From Candidatus Ryanbacteria bacterium CG10_big_fil_rev_8_21_14_0_10_43_42 (GTDB taxonomy: Bacteria; Patescibacteriota; Minisyncoccia; Ryanbacterales; 2-02-FULL-48-12), in assembly GCA_002793915.1 (NCBI GenBank), contig PFEF01000010.1, positions 60,011-124,010 on the forward strand: 64,000 nucleotides of DNA, written 5' to 3'. Made by a program: the position numbers and the translations under genes. The notes under the pieces are model-generated. The model was not told the origin of the DNA and ran no database searches. It saw only the letters and a program-made list of their open reading frames with translations. Positions within the stretch are counted from its first letter, which is position 1. Each line of letters begins with the position of its first letter. This document shows positions 29,997-39,508 of this stretch, piece after piece.

Positions 29997-31383
29997 ACGA
30001 TTGTTCGGTGGAACCTTTTTCCATATCTTGGAAAGAGATCTTTTCCTGGTTGAAGAACAGACCCACCTTTCCAAGTGGTCCGTTGCGATGTTTGGCAATC
30101 TGTACCTCAACAATATTTTTATTATCGCTGTCGTCTTTATAGCGGTCCTCGCGGTAGAGAAACATCACCACATCAGCATCCTGCTCGATACTGCCCGAAT
30201 CACGCAGGTCGGATAGTCGTGGGATGGCGGGATGGCGCTGTTCTACCGCACGGGAGAGTTGGGAGAGGGCGAGTACGGGAACGGAGAGTTCACGGGCAAG
30301 TGCTTTTAATGCACGGGATATTTCCGTTATTTCTCGGACCAAGCTGTCAGATGAGCTTTTATGCCATGTAATAAGCTGGAGATAATCTACAATGATAAGT
30401 CCGAGGCCATGTTCTGCTTGCAGGCGACGCGCCATGGCACGCATTTGCAGGACGGTATTAGATGGCTCGTCATCGATATAAAGCGGAGATTTTGACAGAC
30501 GGTCCAGTGCGTCGCGAATACGGAAAAAATCATCGGAATCATGCGGAATACGTCCGGTACGAAGGCGCCAGGAATCTACCTGTGCCTCGGATGCAATAAG
30601 ACGATCCACGACCTGTTCCGTGGACATTTCCAGGCTGAAAATCCCTACGGGAATTTGCGATTTTATAGCCGCATGACGCGCTATATCGAGTGCAAATGTA
30701 GTTTTACCGACGGAAGGACGTGCGGCTAAGATAACCAGATCGGAGGATTGTAAGCCGGAAAGCAAATTATCTATGCCGTTAAATCCGGTGGAAACGCCAC
30801 GGAGACGTTCACCGCCGGACTGCATTTTTTCAAAACGATCCCATGCGCCGTCGGTGGTTTCGGCAACGGGAATAAAACGCTGACGAAGCGATCCGTGGGA
30901 AATGCTGAATATCTTTTTTTCGGCTTCATCCAGAAGCAACTCCACTTCATCCGATTCTTGATACCCTAATTGGCTTATTTCTCCGGAAGTTTTTATGATG
31001 CTTCGGAGGACATATTTTCTATGTACGATTTCGGCATAGTTTACTATATTGCTTGCAGTAGGCACTGTATTTACCAGAGATGTCAGATAACTCACGCCAC
31101 CGGCAATATCGAGGAGTTTTTTTTCACGGAGGCGGTTTGACAGGGCAAGTATGTCGATTGGTTCCCGTTTTTCTATAAGATCCATTATTGCCTCAAAAAT
31201 TATTCGGTGCTTGTCGTTATAAAAATGTTCGGGTGCCAGAATATCAGCAATTTTATTGAAGGCATCTTTATCAAGCATTAACGATCCTAAAACCGACATT
31301 TCGGCCTCAGTGTTTTGAGGAGGAACTCGGACATTAAAAGGAGAGGGTTGAACCTTATTTTCATGGATAGGTTGTTGAGCCAT
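29983..31383 (-). CDS. dnaB: Replicative DNA helicase DnaB
   Basis: N-terminal domain, RecA-like core with Walker A (ARPSVGKTTFAL), H3/H4 motifs. 466 aa and no intein. Confidence 0.85.
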   Translation of the reverse strand: MAQQPIHENKVQPSPFNVRVPPQNTEAEMSVLGSLMLDKDAFNKIADILAPEHFYNDKHRIIFEAIMDLIEKREPIDILALSNRLREKKLLDIAGGVSYLTSLVNTVPTASNIVNYAEIVHRKYVLRSIIKTSGEISQLGYQESDEVELLLDEAEKKIFSISHGSLRQRFIPVAETTDGAWDRFEKMQSGGERLRGVSTGFNGIDNLLSGLQSSDLVILAARPSVGKTTFALDIARHAAIKSQIPVGIFSLEMSTEQVVDRLIASEAQVDSWRLRTGRIPHDSDDFFRIRDALDRLSKSPLYIDDEPSNTVLQMRAMARRLQAEHGLGLIIVDYLQLITWHKSSSDSLVREITEISRALKALARELSVPVLALSQLSRAVEQRHPAIPRLSDLRDSGSIEQDADVVMFLYREDRYKDDSDNKNIVEVQIAKHRNGPLGKVGLFFNQEKISFQDMEKGSTEQSYGVS

Positions 31384-31460
31384 AGTTCTATCATTATAGG
31401 AAAGATCCCCCTATTTTACTAATTTACCAAAAAGGGGATGAGAGGTGCATAAATGAGGAG

Positions 31461-32876
31461 TTATGATCCGAATGTAGGGTAAACAAAAGATCCGTCAGTT
31501 CTGTCGCTAACATCCCATCCGGCCTCATTTATTTTTAAGCGTAATTGATCCGCCTCTTCCCAATTTTTTGTTTCGCGGGCAATATCGCGTTCTTTTTGTA
31601 GGGCTTTAATATTTTGGGGGATTTCCAATTGCGAATCCTTAATTTTTAGTCCAAGTATACTGTCAAATTCATCCAGTATTTTTATAATATCTTCATAATT
31701 ATTACCCGCCCCAGATCGCCAGTAGTCATGAATAAGATTCCAAACAGTACTAAGCGCGCTAGGTACATTTAAATCATTGTTTATAGAGTGTAAAAATTCA
31801 TCTCTATATTTTTTATAATCAACTGTTTCTTTTTGAGGAGAAGTATTCCATTCGTCCTTCAGCCACCGATAGAAGTTTACGAGACGCAAGCGTTCTGTTC
31901 GAGCGGCCTGTAGTGCTTCCCAGGAAAAACGCAGTTTTGTACGATAATGTGTACCGAGTACCAATAAACGGAAATCCAGAGGATCAAATCCTTTTTCTTT
32001 CAGGGTAGCGAGTGTAATGCCGGTACCTTCCGATTTTGCCATTTTTCCGTCTTTTAATTCCAAAAATTCTCCATGAAGCCAGTAACGGGCGAGTTCTTTT
32101 CCCGTTGCCGCTTCGGATTGGGCTATTTCGTTTGTGTGGTGTATCTGAATATGATCAATACCTCCACAGTGAATATCGAAGGAGGTGCCAAGGTATTTCA
32201 TGCTCATGGCGGAACATTCTATATGCCAGCCCGGAAAGCCGATGCCCCAGGGAGATTCCCACTCCATTTGACGTTTTTCTTCTTTTGGTGAGAATTTCCA
32301 TAACGCAAAATCGGTCGGATTCTTTTTTTCACGTTCATTTACGCGCATACCGGGTTGTATACCCGCAATGTTCTTTTTTGCCAGTATGCCGTAGTCCGGA
32401 AAACGGGATGTGTCGAAATAAATACCGTCTGATGTTTTGTAGGTAAACCCCTTTTTTTCGAGTGTTTGTATAAGATTAATTTGCTCGGTAATATGTTCCG
32501 TGGCGCGACACCATATTTGCGGTGGGAGAATATTTAAATCTTCATTATCTTGCTTAAAGGCATTTTCATACATACGCGCTATATCCGAAGCGGTTTTTTT
32601 TTGTTTGCGTGCTTCCTGTTCCACTTTATCTTCACCCGTATCTTCGTCCGATGTAAGATGGCCCACATCCGTTATGTTCATGACATGCTTTACGGTGTAT
32701 CCATTCGCTTTTAGTGTACGCTTGAGAATATCTTCAAAGATATAAGTCCGCAGGTTACCGATATGCGCGTAATTGTATACGGTGGGGCCACACGTATAAA
32801 GACCAACAGACCCCTTTTGGAGGGGTTTGAATATTTCTTTTTTTCGTATAAGCGTATTGTAGATAGTAAGAGGCAT
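31461..32876 (-). CDS. cysS: Cysteinyl-tRNA synthetase
   Basis: HIGN (HIGH-class) motif, KMAKS (KMSKS), and zinc-binding Cys/His residues. Confidence 0.85.
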   Translation of the reverse strand: MPLTIYNTLIRKKEIFKPLQKGSVGLYTCGPTVYNYAHIGNLRTYIFEDILKRTLKANGYTVKHVMNITDVGHLTSDEDTGEDKVEQEARKQKKTASDIARMYENAFKQDNEDLNILPPQIWCRATEHITEQINLIQTLEKKGFTYKTSDGIYFDTSRFPDYGILAKKNIAGIQPGMRVNEREKKNPTDFALWKFSPKEEKRQMEWESPWGIGFPGWHIECSAMSMKYLGTSFDIHCGGIDHIQIHHTNEIAQSEAATGKELARYWLHGEFLELKDGKMAKSEGTGITLATLKEKGFDPLDFRLLVLGTHYRTKLRFSWEALQAARTERLRLVNFYRWLKDEWNTSPQKETVDYKKYRDEFLHSINNDLNVPSALSTVWNLIHDYWRSGAGNNYEDIIKILDEFDSILGLKIKDSQLEIPQNIKALQKERDIARETKNWEEADQLRLKINEAGWDVSDRTDGSFVYPTFGS

Positions 32877-32906
32877 GTATGGAGATAATGTGATAATACA
32901 GAGAAA

Positions 32907-33818
32907 TTATATCCATCCTCTGTGCCGGAAAAAGAAATACATTGTTACGATGCCTGCAAACATAATACCTATTATGATCCAGAAATCATGGGGAAGGCCC
33001 ACGATAGGAAATGTTTTTGTGTTCATTCCGAACAGGCTTGCAAGAAGAGTGAGTGGAAAGGTGATGAATGCCATAATGGTAAGATTTTTCGTAATTTCAG
33101 CCGTACGCATGGAAATAAGAGATGCATTTGTTTCATGTAATGCTTCGATGGTTTCTTTATGATTTTCAAGAATGTGCCATACACGCACATAATCACTTAC
33201 AATGCGGGTTATATACGGACGCATATCATTTCCGAAAAATAATATTCCTTCTTTTTCAAACGACGCCAGAATGCTTTCCTGCGGTTGCATAGTACGACGA
33301 AAATCAAGAATTTCGCGGCGCAATATAGAAATGTCTTCGATAAGATCCTGGCTGGGTTCTTTGAAAATACGGCTTTCCATGCGAGTGATTTTTTTATCCA
33401 TTGTCTCAAGTTCTGTAAGAGCATTGGTAAACAAATAGGAAAGTAAGTGGTACAAAAGTTCGCCGGGTGCGCCGGCGAGATATTGTTTCGCAATGCGTTT
33501 GTTGTTCGTTACGGTTTCTATAAATTCTTCCAGTGCCGGAATGACGTGGTATTGGGTTGTTATTAAGAAATCTTTTCCTATAAGGAAATCAATCTCCTTT
33601 CCATGATTGGAATCGTGATCGTTATATACGGGGAAGTGTAAAATAAGGTATAGGAAGTTATCGTATTGCTCTACCTTTGGGCGGAACGTCGGATGAGTAA
33701 GCTCATCCGCCAACAAAGGGTGAATATCATGCTTTTGAGCAAATGTTACGAGATCTTCTTCTTTAGGTTTTTTAAGATGTGTCCAAACGAACGCATCGCC
33801 ATGAATCGTTTTCGTCAT
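32907..33818 (-). CDS. corA: Magnesium/cobalt transporter CorA
   Basis: GMN motif (FGMNTKTFP) at the first of two C-terminal TM helices. Confidence 0.8.
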   Translation of the reverse strand: MTKTIHGDAFVWTHLKKPKEEDLVTFAQKHDIHPLLADELTHPTFRPKVEQYDNFLYLILHFPVYNDHDSNHGKEIDFLIGKDFLITTQYHVIPALEEFIETVTNNKRIAKQYLAGAPGELLYHLLSYLFTNALTELETMDKKITRMESRIFKEPSQDLIEDISILRREILDFRRTMQPQESILASFEKEGILFFGNDMRPYITRIVSDYVRVWHILENHKETIEALHETNASLISMRTAEITKNLTIMAFITFPLTLLASLFGMNTKTFPIVGLPHDFWIIIGIMFAGIVTMYFFFRHRGWI

Positions 33819-33949
33819 GTGGGTGCAGAGGTACGAATTCCGAAAAACGCTGTTTACGGTGACGTACCTAATTAATCATGGATAAGTTTTATACCTCTAT
33901 TATACGCAGTAGAGGCGTAGAGGCAATGGCAATGTTCGTTCATTGACTG

Positions 33950-35188
33950 ATGTCCTTTCATTTTGTCATAATGAGCCGTATGGAATTAGTGAGACGTATG
34001 CGTATATTGGTTATGGCGCTTGTTATTATAGGCGCCGGTTTTGGTTTTGGTGTATATGTTGGCGTTAGTCAGCGCCCGGCAATCGAGAAGGTGACAAGTG
34101 TATATAATAAGGAAACGGCAAAACCGCCGGAAGTTGATTTTACAGCCTTTTGGACAGCATGGAATATTTTGGAAGAAAAATATGTAGCGGGCGTTGAGAT
34201 TAATCGGGAAGAGCTTTTGTACGGTGCTATTTCCGGCATGGTAAAGGCAGTAGGAGATCCATACACGGTATTTTTGCCACCCGAAGAGAAGGAATTTTTT
34301 GACTCGGAAATTTCCGGAAAGTTTGAAGGTATCGGTGCTGAAATAGGAATCCGTAAAGGCATCTTAACGGTCATTTCGCCTCTTGCGGGTTCTCCCGCCG
34401 CCGCCGCCGGCCTCCTTGCCGGAGATCGTATTTTGCAGGTGGATGATGTTATTACATCAGACCTTACGCTAGATGAAGCGGTTAAACTTATTCGCGGCGA
34501 GAAGGGGACGATGGTGGCGCTTACTGTTCTTAGGGGAAATGAGGATGCTACTCGCACAGTAGAAATTACACGGGATACCATAAAGATTTCCATTATTGAG
34601 ACCGAACAGCACGATGGAGGTGTTTTTGTAATACGTCTGCATAGTTTTTCAGAGAATTCACCGGTAGAATTTCGTAATGCTCTCCAAAAAATGGCAGAGA
34701 GCGGGTCTAACCGGCTGGTTCTTGATTTAAGAAACAATCCGGGCGGATTTCTGGATGCCGCCGTTGATATTGCGAGTTGGTTTTTAGAATCGGGGAAAAT
34801 AGTGGCACGTGAACAATTTGGGGACAATTCCGAGCACGCGCACAGAAGTCGGGGATATAATGCTCTTGCTGATATTCCGGTGGTTGTTTTGGTTAATCAG
34901 GGATCGGCATCCGCTTCTGAAATTTTAGCAGGCGCGCTTCGGGATCAGAAAAATATTATGTTGGTGGGAGAAACAACATTTGGTAAAGGATCTGTTCAGG
35001 AATTAGTTCCGGTTACGAAAAACTCTTCGTTGAAAGTAACAATAGCCCGATGGCTTACGCCAAATGGCACGCTCCTTTCGGGTAACGGTTTGAGTGTTGA
35101 TGTGGAAGTTAAAATAACGGCAGATGATATTGAAAATATACGTGATCCGCAGTTAGACCTGGCTCTTGAATTGGTTCGGGGATTATAA
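33950..35188 (+). CDS. ctpA: Carboxyl-terminal processing protease (S41, CtpA/Prc-like) with PDZ domain
   Basis: N-terminal TM anchor, PDZ (GLLAGDRILQVDD), catalytic S and K region (GSASASEILAGA ... TFGKGSVQ). Start codon choice is uncertain. Confidence 0.7.
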   Translation: MSFHFVIMSRMELVRRMRILVMALVIIGAGFGFGVYVGVSQRPAIEKVTSVYNKETAKPPEVDFTAFWTAWNILEEKYVAGVEINREELLYGAISGMVKAVGDPYTVFLPPEEKEFFDSEISGKFEGIGAEIGIRKGILTVISPLAGSPAAAAGLLAGDRILQVDDVITSDLTLDEAVKLIRGEKGTMVALTVLRGNEDATRTVEITRDTIKISIIETEQHDGGVFVIRLHSFSENSPVEFRNALQKMAESGSNRLVLDLRNNPGGFLDAAVDIASWFLESGKIVAREQFGDNSEHAHRSRGYNALADIPVVVLVNQGSASASEILAGALRDQKNIMLVGETTFGKGSVQELVPVTKNSSLKVTIARWLTPNGTLLSGNGLSVDVEVKITADDIENIRDPQLDLALELVRGL

Positions 35189-35237
35189 TATTTTGGGTAC
35201 TTGAAATAAGGGAAAAAATAAGATACACTGGAAAGAT

Positions 35238-35687
35238 ATGAAGGTTATTCTCGAAAAAGACGTACCAAAAGTTGGCCGTGCCGGAGATATACGCAATGTG
35301 GCGGATGGGTATTTTCGTAACTTTTTGATGCCGCGCAGGCTTGCAAAAATAGCAACGCCGGCACTTGAAAAACAGGCGGAAGTGATACAAAAGCGGCGCA
35401 TCGGCGAGGATGAAAAACGAAAAGAAGAATATAAGATACTCGTAGAGAAGCTCAATACCGAAGAAATTCATATAGCAGAAAAAGCGAATGAGGAAGGTCA
35501 TTTATTTGGATCCGTGAGTGAGGATGATATTGTACGCGTTTTGCATGAAAGAGGATATAATCTTATAGAAAAGCATCATATTCTTTTAAGTGAGCATATT
35601 AAAACATCCGGCATGCATGAAGTGCCGTTGGAGTTTGCAGGGAATATTACCGGTGTTATCCGGCTAGTAGTCGATAAACTTGAATAA
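35238..35687 (+). CDS. rplI: 50S ribosomal protein L9
   Basis: [30 protein letters not shown] resembles bL9. Confidence 0.85.
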   Translation: MKVILEKDVPKVGRAGDIRNVADGYFRNFLMPRRLAKIATPALEKQAEVIQKRRIGEDEKRKEEYKILVEKLNTEEIHIAEKANEEGHLFGSVSEDDIVRVLHERGYNLIEKHHILLSEHIKTSGMHEVPLEFAGNITGVIRLVVDKLE

Positions 35688-37323
35688 TACACGTTACATT
35701 TTTGTGGTAGGGGGAGTTATGTCCGGCATTGGCAAGGGTATTACAACTTCCTCCATTGCAAAGATTCTACAGGCACGTGGATACGCCGTAACGGCACTCA
35801 AAATAGATCCCTACATTAATGTCGATGCCGGCACTATGAACCCCGTTGAACATGGGGAGGTTTTTGTCACGAAAGATGGCATGGAATGTGATCAGGATAT
35901 TGGCAACTATGAACGGTTTCTGAACCAGGATTTGTACGGATATAATTACATGACGACGGGGGCGGTGTATTTGTCGGTTATTACGAAGGAGCGCAATTTA
36001 GAATTTGACGGAAAATGCGTAGAGGTAGTACCTCATGTACCGGAAGAGGTAATACGTCGTATTGAATTCGCCGGACATAAAACAAAAGCCGATTTTGTTT
36101 TGATTGAAATTGGCGGCACGGTGGGGGAGTATCAAAACTTATTATTTCTTGAAGCGGGGCGTATGATGCGGCTTAAATATCCGGGAGATGTGCTTTTTGT
36201 GATGGTAAGTTATTTTCCCGTGCCAAGCATGATAGGTGAAATGAAGACAAAACCAACGCAGTATGCCGTGCGCTCTCTTAACACGGCAGGGATTCAGCCG
36301 GATATTATTATTGCCCGTTCCAGTATGCCGCTTGATAAGCCGCGTAAAAAGAAAGTATCCATTTTTTGTAATATGCAGGAACAGGATATTATTTCCGCAC
36401 CTGACACTTCCTGTATTTACGAGATTCCGCTTACGTTTGAGAAAGACAAGCTAAGTGATCGCTTGCTGAAAAAATTTAATATCAAAAAACCGCGTCGGGC
36501 AAAAAATGGTATGGATGAGTGGAAGCAGGCTCTTTGCGTAGCCCAGCGTGTTACAAGACCGATACGTATCGGTATTGTGGGAAAGTATTTTGGAACGGGG
36601 GCTTTTCTTCTTTCGGATGCGTATATATCCGTTATTGAGGCCTTAAAGAACGCCGCATGGGCGGAAAAGCGTGCGCCGGAGCTTGTATGGCTTAATGCCG
36701 AAACATATGAGGAACATCCTGATGCACTCGAAGAGCTTTCACAGTTTGACGGTATTGTTATTCCGGGCGGATTTGGAGCACGCGGTGTGGAGGGAAAGGT
36801 TGCTGTGGTGGAATTTTGCCGTAAAAATAATATGCCGTATCTTGGGCTTTGTTATGGATTACAGATGGCGGTAATAGAATTTGCACGGCATGTGTGTCGT
36901 ATGGCTGATGCAAATACAACGGAAGTCGATCCGGAAACGAAATATCCCGTTATCGATGTTATGCCGGAACAGGAGGAGAATATTAAGGAAAAAAATTTGG
37001 GCGGCTCTATGCGCCTTGGTTCCTATGCCTGTAAACTAAAAAACGGTACGCGTGCGGCAGACGCCTACGGACATGTGCGTGTAAATGAACGACATCGACA
37101 TCGTTATGAGGTGAATGATGTATATCGGGAACGTTTGGAGCGAAAAGGTCTCGTTGTGTCGGGTATAAATCCGGAGCGTGGGCTTGTTGAAATCATCGAA
37201 CTTCCCGATCATCCTTTTTTTGTGGCGACGCAATTTCATCCGGAACTGCAATCACGGTTTTTGGATCCGCATCCGTTGTTTCTTGCATTTATTCGTGCGG
37301 CTATCAAGAAAAGTTCCGCATAA
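35680..37323 (+). CDS. pyrG: CTP synthase
   Basis: N-terminal synthetase domain ([10 protein letters not shown]), and a C-terminal class I glutamine amidotransferase domain with catalytic Cys in GLCYGLQ. Overlaps rplI by 8 nt. Confidence 0.9.
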   Translation: MNNTRYIFVVGGVMSGIGKGITTSSIAKILQARGYAVTALKIDPYINVDAGTMNPVEHGEVFVTKDGMECDQDIGNYERFLNQDLYGYNYMTTGAVYLSVITKERNLEFDGKCVEVVPHVPEEVIRRIEFAGHKTKADFVLIEIGGTVGEYQNLLFLEAGRMMRLKYPGDVLFVMVSYFPVPSMIGEMKTKPTQYAVRSLNTAGIQPDIIIARSSMPLDKPRKKKVSIFCNMQEQDIISAPDTSCIYEIPLTFEKDKLSDRLLKKFNIKKPRRAKNGMDEWKQALCVAQRVTRPIRIGIVGKYFGTGAFLLSDAYISVIEALKNAAWAEKRAPELVWLNAETYEEHPDALEELSQFDGIVIPGGFGARGVEGKVAVVEFCRKNNMPYLGLCYGLQMAVIEFARHVCRMADANTTEVDPETKYPVIDVMPEQEENIKEKNLGGSMRLGSYACKLKNGTRAADAYGHVRVNERHRHRYEVNDVYRERLERKGLVVSGINPERGLVEIIELPDHPFFVATQFHPELQSRFLDPHPLFLAFIRAAIKKSSA

Positions 37324-37333
37324 TGGACAAACA

Positions 37334-37356
37334 AAAACTCCACCTATGGAGTTTTT
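37334..37356. terminator. Bidirectional intrinsic terminator between pyrG (+) and rpmA (-)
   Basis: aaaactcca-ccta-tggagtttt hairpin with flanking T/A runs. Confidence 0.6.
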
Positions 37357-37389
37357 TAACTTCTGTTCTTTTTCGGTTTTTACCTTTCG

Positions 37390-37662
37390 CTAAACAACAC
37401 TAATGACCTTGCGTTTTGTAACACTTCCATTAAAGTTCATTTTACGGCGTTCTGTAAATTTTACAATACCTTTTTTTATTGCAAACAAGGTAAAATCACG
37501 CCCCTGCTTAACACCCTCCCCGGCGAGGACACGTGATCCTGTTTGGCGATAAAGAATACTGCCCGGACGCGCTTCTTGTCCGTCCGAAAGCTTTACGCCG
37601 CGATATTTAGGCTGTGAGTCCCGGAGGTTATTTGTAGATCCACCCGATTTTGTATGTGCCAT
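37390..37662 (-). CDS. rpmA: 50S ribosomal protein L27
   Basis: MAHTKSGGSTNNLRDSQPKYRGVK resembles bL27. Confidence 0.85.
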   Translation of the reverse strand: MAHTKSGGSTNNLRDSQPKYRGVKLSDGQEARPGSILYRQTGSRVLAGEGVKQGRDFTLFAIKKGIVKFTERRKMNFNGSVTKRKVISVV

Positions 37663-37697
37663 GGTTTATTGATACTATATACGGATATAAGATATAT

Positions 37698-38084
37698 ATG
37701 ACTGAAATGATACCAAATATAGGACGTAAGGTCAAGGAATTTGTAAGCAAAAAAGAAGGTGATATAATTCTCTTTTTAAGTGTCTTTTTAGGTATAATGC
37801 TCATTGCTGGCCTATTTTATATATACGGCGCGCAGGGGGAAAAATACCCCATACGCATGAGGGAAGTTTCCAGGGCAGTGGAGGAGGAGTCGGCTCTGAG
37901 GGCATATATTGCCGCAGAAGGTCTTTCGGGGCTTATAGCGGCAAGTAGTAAGGGTACACGTTATTATTACCCCTGGTGTGGGGGAGTTTCTCGCCTTTCC
38001 GAGAAAAATAAGATCTGGTTTGATACGCCGGAGGAAGCGGAAAAAGCCGGATATACTATAGCCTCTGGTTGCTCCGGACTTTAA
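37698..38084 (+). CDS. Small membrane-anchored protein with a C-terminal Ada-like metal-binding motif
   Basis: One TM helix, then YYYPWCGG...EKNKIWFDTPEEAEKAGYTIASGC. This matches the Y-x3-C ... N-x3-F-x-S/T-x2-EA-x2-AG-F/Y-x-x-C pattern of the Ada N-terminal zinc-binding domain. Start set at MTEMIPN to avoid overlap with rpmA. Confidence 0.45.
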   Translation: MTEMIPNIGRKVKEFVSKKEGDIILFLSVFLGIMLIAGLFYIYGAQGEKYPIRMREVSRAVEEESALRAYIAAEGLSGLIAASSKGTRYYYPWCGGVSRLSEKNKIWFDTPEEAEKAGYTIASGCSGL

Positions 38085-38289
38085 GTAAGAATTTCCTGTT
38101 TGACGCATTTCTGCGTTGCGACGGGAAAATCCTCAACGACGTATACTCTTACATTTTCCCTTCGCGTCTTGAACTGCATTCAAACAGAAAAATTCTCTTA
38201 TGTGGTCCAAGCTAGCTTTGATATAAGTAGAAAAATCACTGTAAAATAAGGTTTTTTTTGGAGTTTTACGAAGATCCCAGGGATTACTA

Positions 38290-38318
38290 TTGACATTTAA
38301 ATATAAATATGTTAGAAT
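38290..38318 (+). promoter_or_regulatory. Near-consensus sigma-70 promoter
   Basis: TTGACA, a 17-nt spacer, then TAGAAT. Confidence 0.55.
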
Positions 38319-38324
38319 ACAGCC

Positions 38325-38462
38325 ATCATTAAAAAAGGGGAGAGAAACCAATAATGAAAAGCGATGTTGGAGAACCTCTCCTAAGAGTATGTGAAAGCAT
38401 GTTCGTAATGAGAAGACTGCGCAAGCAGTAATCTTTATGAGGTTTTCCAACATCGCTTTTTG
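38325..38462 (+). ncRNA. Candidate small structured RNA of about 140 nt, containing a 25-codon ORF
   Basis: aaaagcgatgttggagaacctc (38357-38378) pairs over 22 bp, with a single G-U, to gaggttttccaacatcgctttt (38439-38460), enclosing 60 nt, followed by a U-run. A 25-aa ORF MKSDVGEPLLRVCESMFVMRRLRKQ (38354-38431) with a GGGGAG RBS lies inside, and its start codon abuts the 5' arm. Confidence 0.35.
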
Positions 38463-38653
38463 TATAGTTCTCGAAAGAATGATGGAGAGAGAATAACGAG
38501 TAAGGGTATTAATATATTATACGACCCTGATACTCACTATCTTCATCATTTTCTCTGGAATTAATCTGGGGAAATGTTCTTTAACCTCGCGGAACGATGA
38601 AAAAATTCCGCTTAACAAAAAACTAGCGTAGAAGCGCTGGCAGGAGGTGTTAA

Positions 38654-39031
38654 ATGACACAAAAAGCTATTCAATGGAATGGATGGTTCGTGTATACTAT
38701 CTCGGGGTTGGCTCGTGGAGATGCGAGCATTGCCGGAGACATGATATCCGGAGCGGATATTATGAATGTTCTTGAAGTGTTAGACGCCGCGAGGTTTTCG
38801 AGAACCTCGCGACGGGGATGGAAAACGATGGACCATCCCGATCTCGGGATGCTCCAGTGGAAGTCCGGTGTGGACTTCCGCACAACTGGTTGGTTTTTGT
38901 TTGTAAAAGTCAATGGTACATTGATTCTGAAGGCCTGGCCGGAGGCCGGGCACCAAAAGAAAACACCCATATTATGGGTGACGGGAACCAGTAGGGAGAT
39001 TTCGAATAAACTTGGATACTTGGAAAAGTAA
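38654..39031 (+). CDS. Hypothetical 125-aa ORF that is unusually GC-rich and hairpin-dense; may instead be a structured RNA
   Basis: Open on both strands. Contains at least four perfect 7-9 bp hairpins: cgcgaggtt/aacctcgcg, catcccg/cgggatg, ggaagtcc/ggacttcc, cacccat/atgggtg. No protein family recognised. Confidence 0.3.
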   Translation: MTQKAIQWNGWFVYTISGLARGDASIAGDMISGADIMNVLEVLDAARFSRTSRRGWKTMDHPDLGMLQWKSGVDFRTTGWFLFVKVNGTLILKAWPEAGHQKKTPILWVTGTSREISNKLGYLEK

Positions 39032-39053
39032 AAAGTTTGTTCGAAAAAGAACT

Positions 39054-39076
39054 GGGGAAGCGTAAAAACCTTCCCC
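39054..39076 (+). terminator. GC-rich hairpin after ORF 38654-39031; weak terminator with a poor U-tract
   Basis: ggggaag-(cgtaaaaac)-cttcccc. Confidence 0.3.
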
Positions 39077-39299
39077 CTACAACTGAATTCATTTCCGAAG
39101 GGAGGTGGGTTCCGAGTAGGTGATGAGTTACAGGTTACGCGCTACAAGAAAAATGATCGGACAACAATTACTGCAGTATATTTTGATATATTCCCATATT
39201 CTTTTCTAATCTTCACGAGGTTAAACCTCGTGAAAGGAAAGATGAGGACTATAAATAATATACAAACATAGGGACATCATCTTATCCGGATAATTTTTT

Positions 39300-39437
39300 T
39301 AAAAACGTCGTTAGAGGGCTGTGAGTTTATGAGAGTTATGCGTTCAGATTCTCTCTCCTCGCATAATTCGTTCATATTGTTGGGGAAATGATATGACATG
39401 AGCTCGCAGCCCTTTGTCGGCTAAGAGAATAAAACAA
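39300..39437 (+). promoter_or_regulatory. Candidate cis-regulatory structured leader (riboswitch-like) upstream of the DMT transporter
   Basis: Long-range stem agggctgtgag (39315-39325) with ctcgcagccct (39403-39413) enclosing an inner gagag/ctctc hairpin, immediately followed by an intrinsic terminator and then the transporter start codon. Confidence 0.3.
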
Positions 39438-39438
39438 A

Positions 39439-39469
39439 AATCGGAAGCAAGACTTCCGATTTTTGTTTT
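39439..39469 (+). terminator. Intrinsic terminator (putative attenuator) 40 nt upstream of the EamA transporter start
   Basis: aatcggaag-caa-gacttccgatt followed by TTTGTTTT. Confidence 0.6.
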
Positions 39470-39508
39470 ACCTACTATCTACCGCATATCACGTGTTACT
39501 ATCTAATC

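Noticed and set aside
38133-38453. 106-aa minus-strand ORF spanning the promoter and hairpin-RNA locus
   Set aside because: It overlaps a near-consensus promoter and the 22-bp stem on the other strand, has no RBS, and its coding potential looks like an artefact of the palindrome.
38349-38462. Identification of the hairpin RNA as SRP (4.5S) RNA
   Set aside because: A GAAG...GCAAGCAG stretch is reminiscent of SRP domain IV, but the GGAA tetraloop and symmetric-loop context could not be reproduced. It is left unclassified.
38788-38811. Integron attC site for the GAGGTT/AACCTC palindromes
   Set aside because: Core and inverse-core-like hexamers are in the wrong order and only 6 nt apart; attC sites are 60-140 bp, and no intI gene is nearby.
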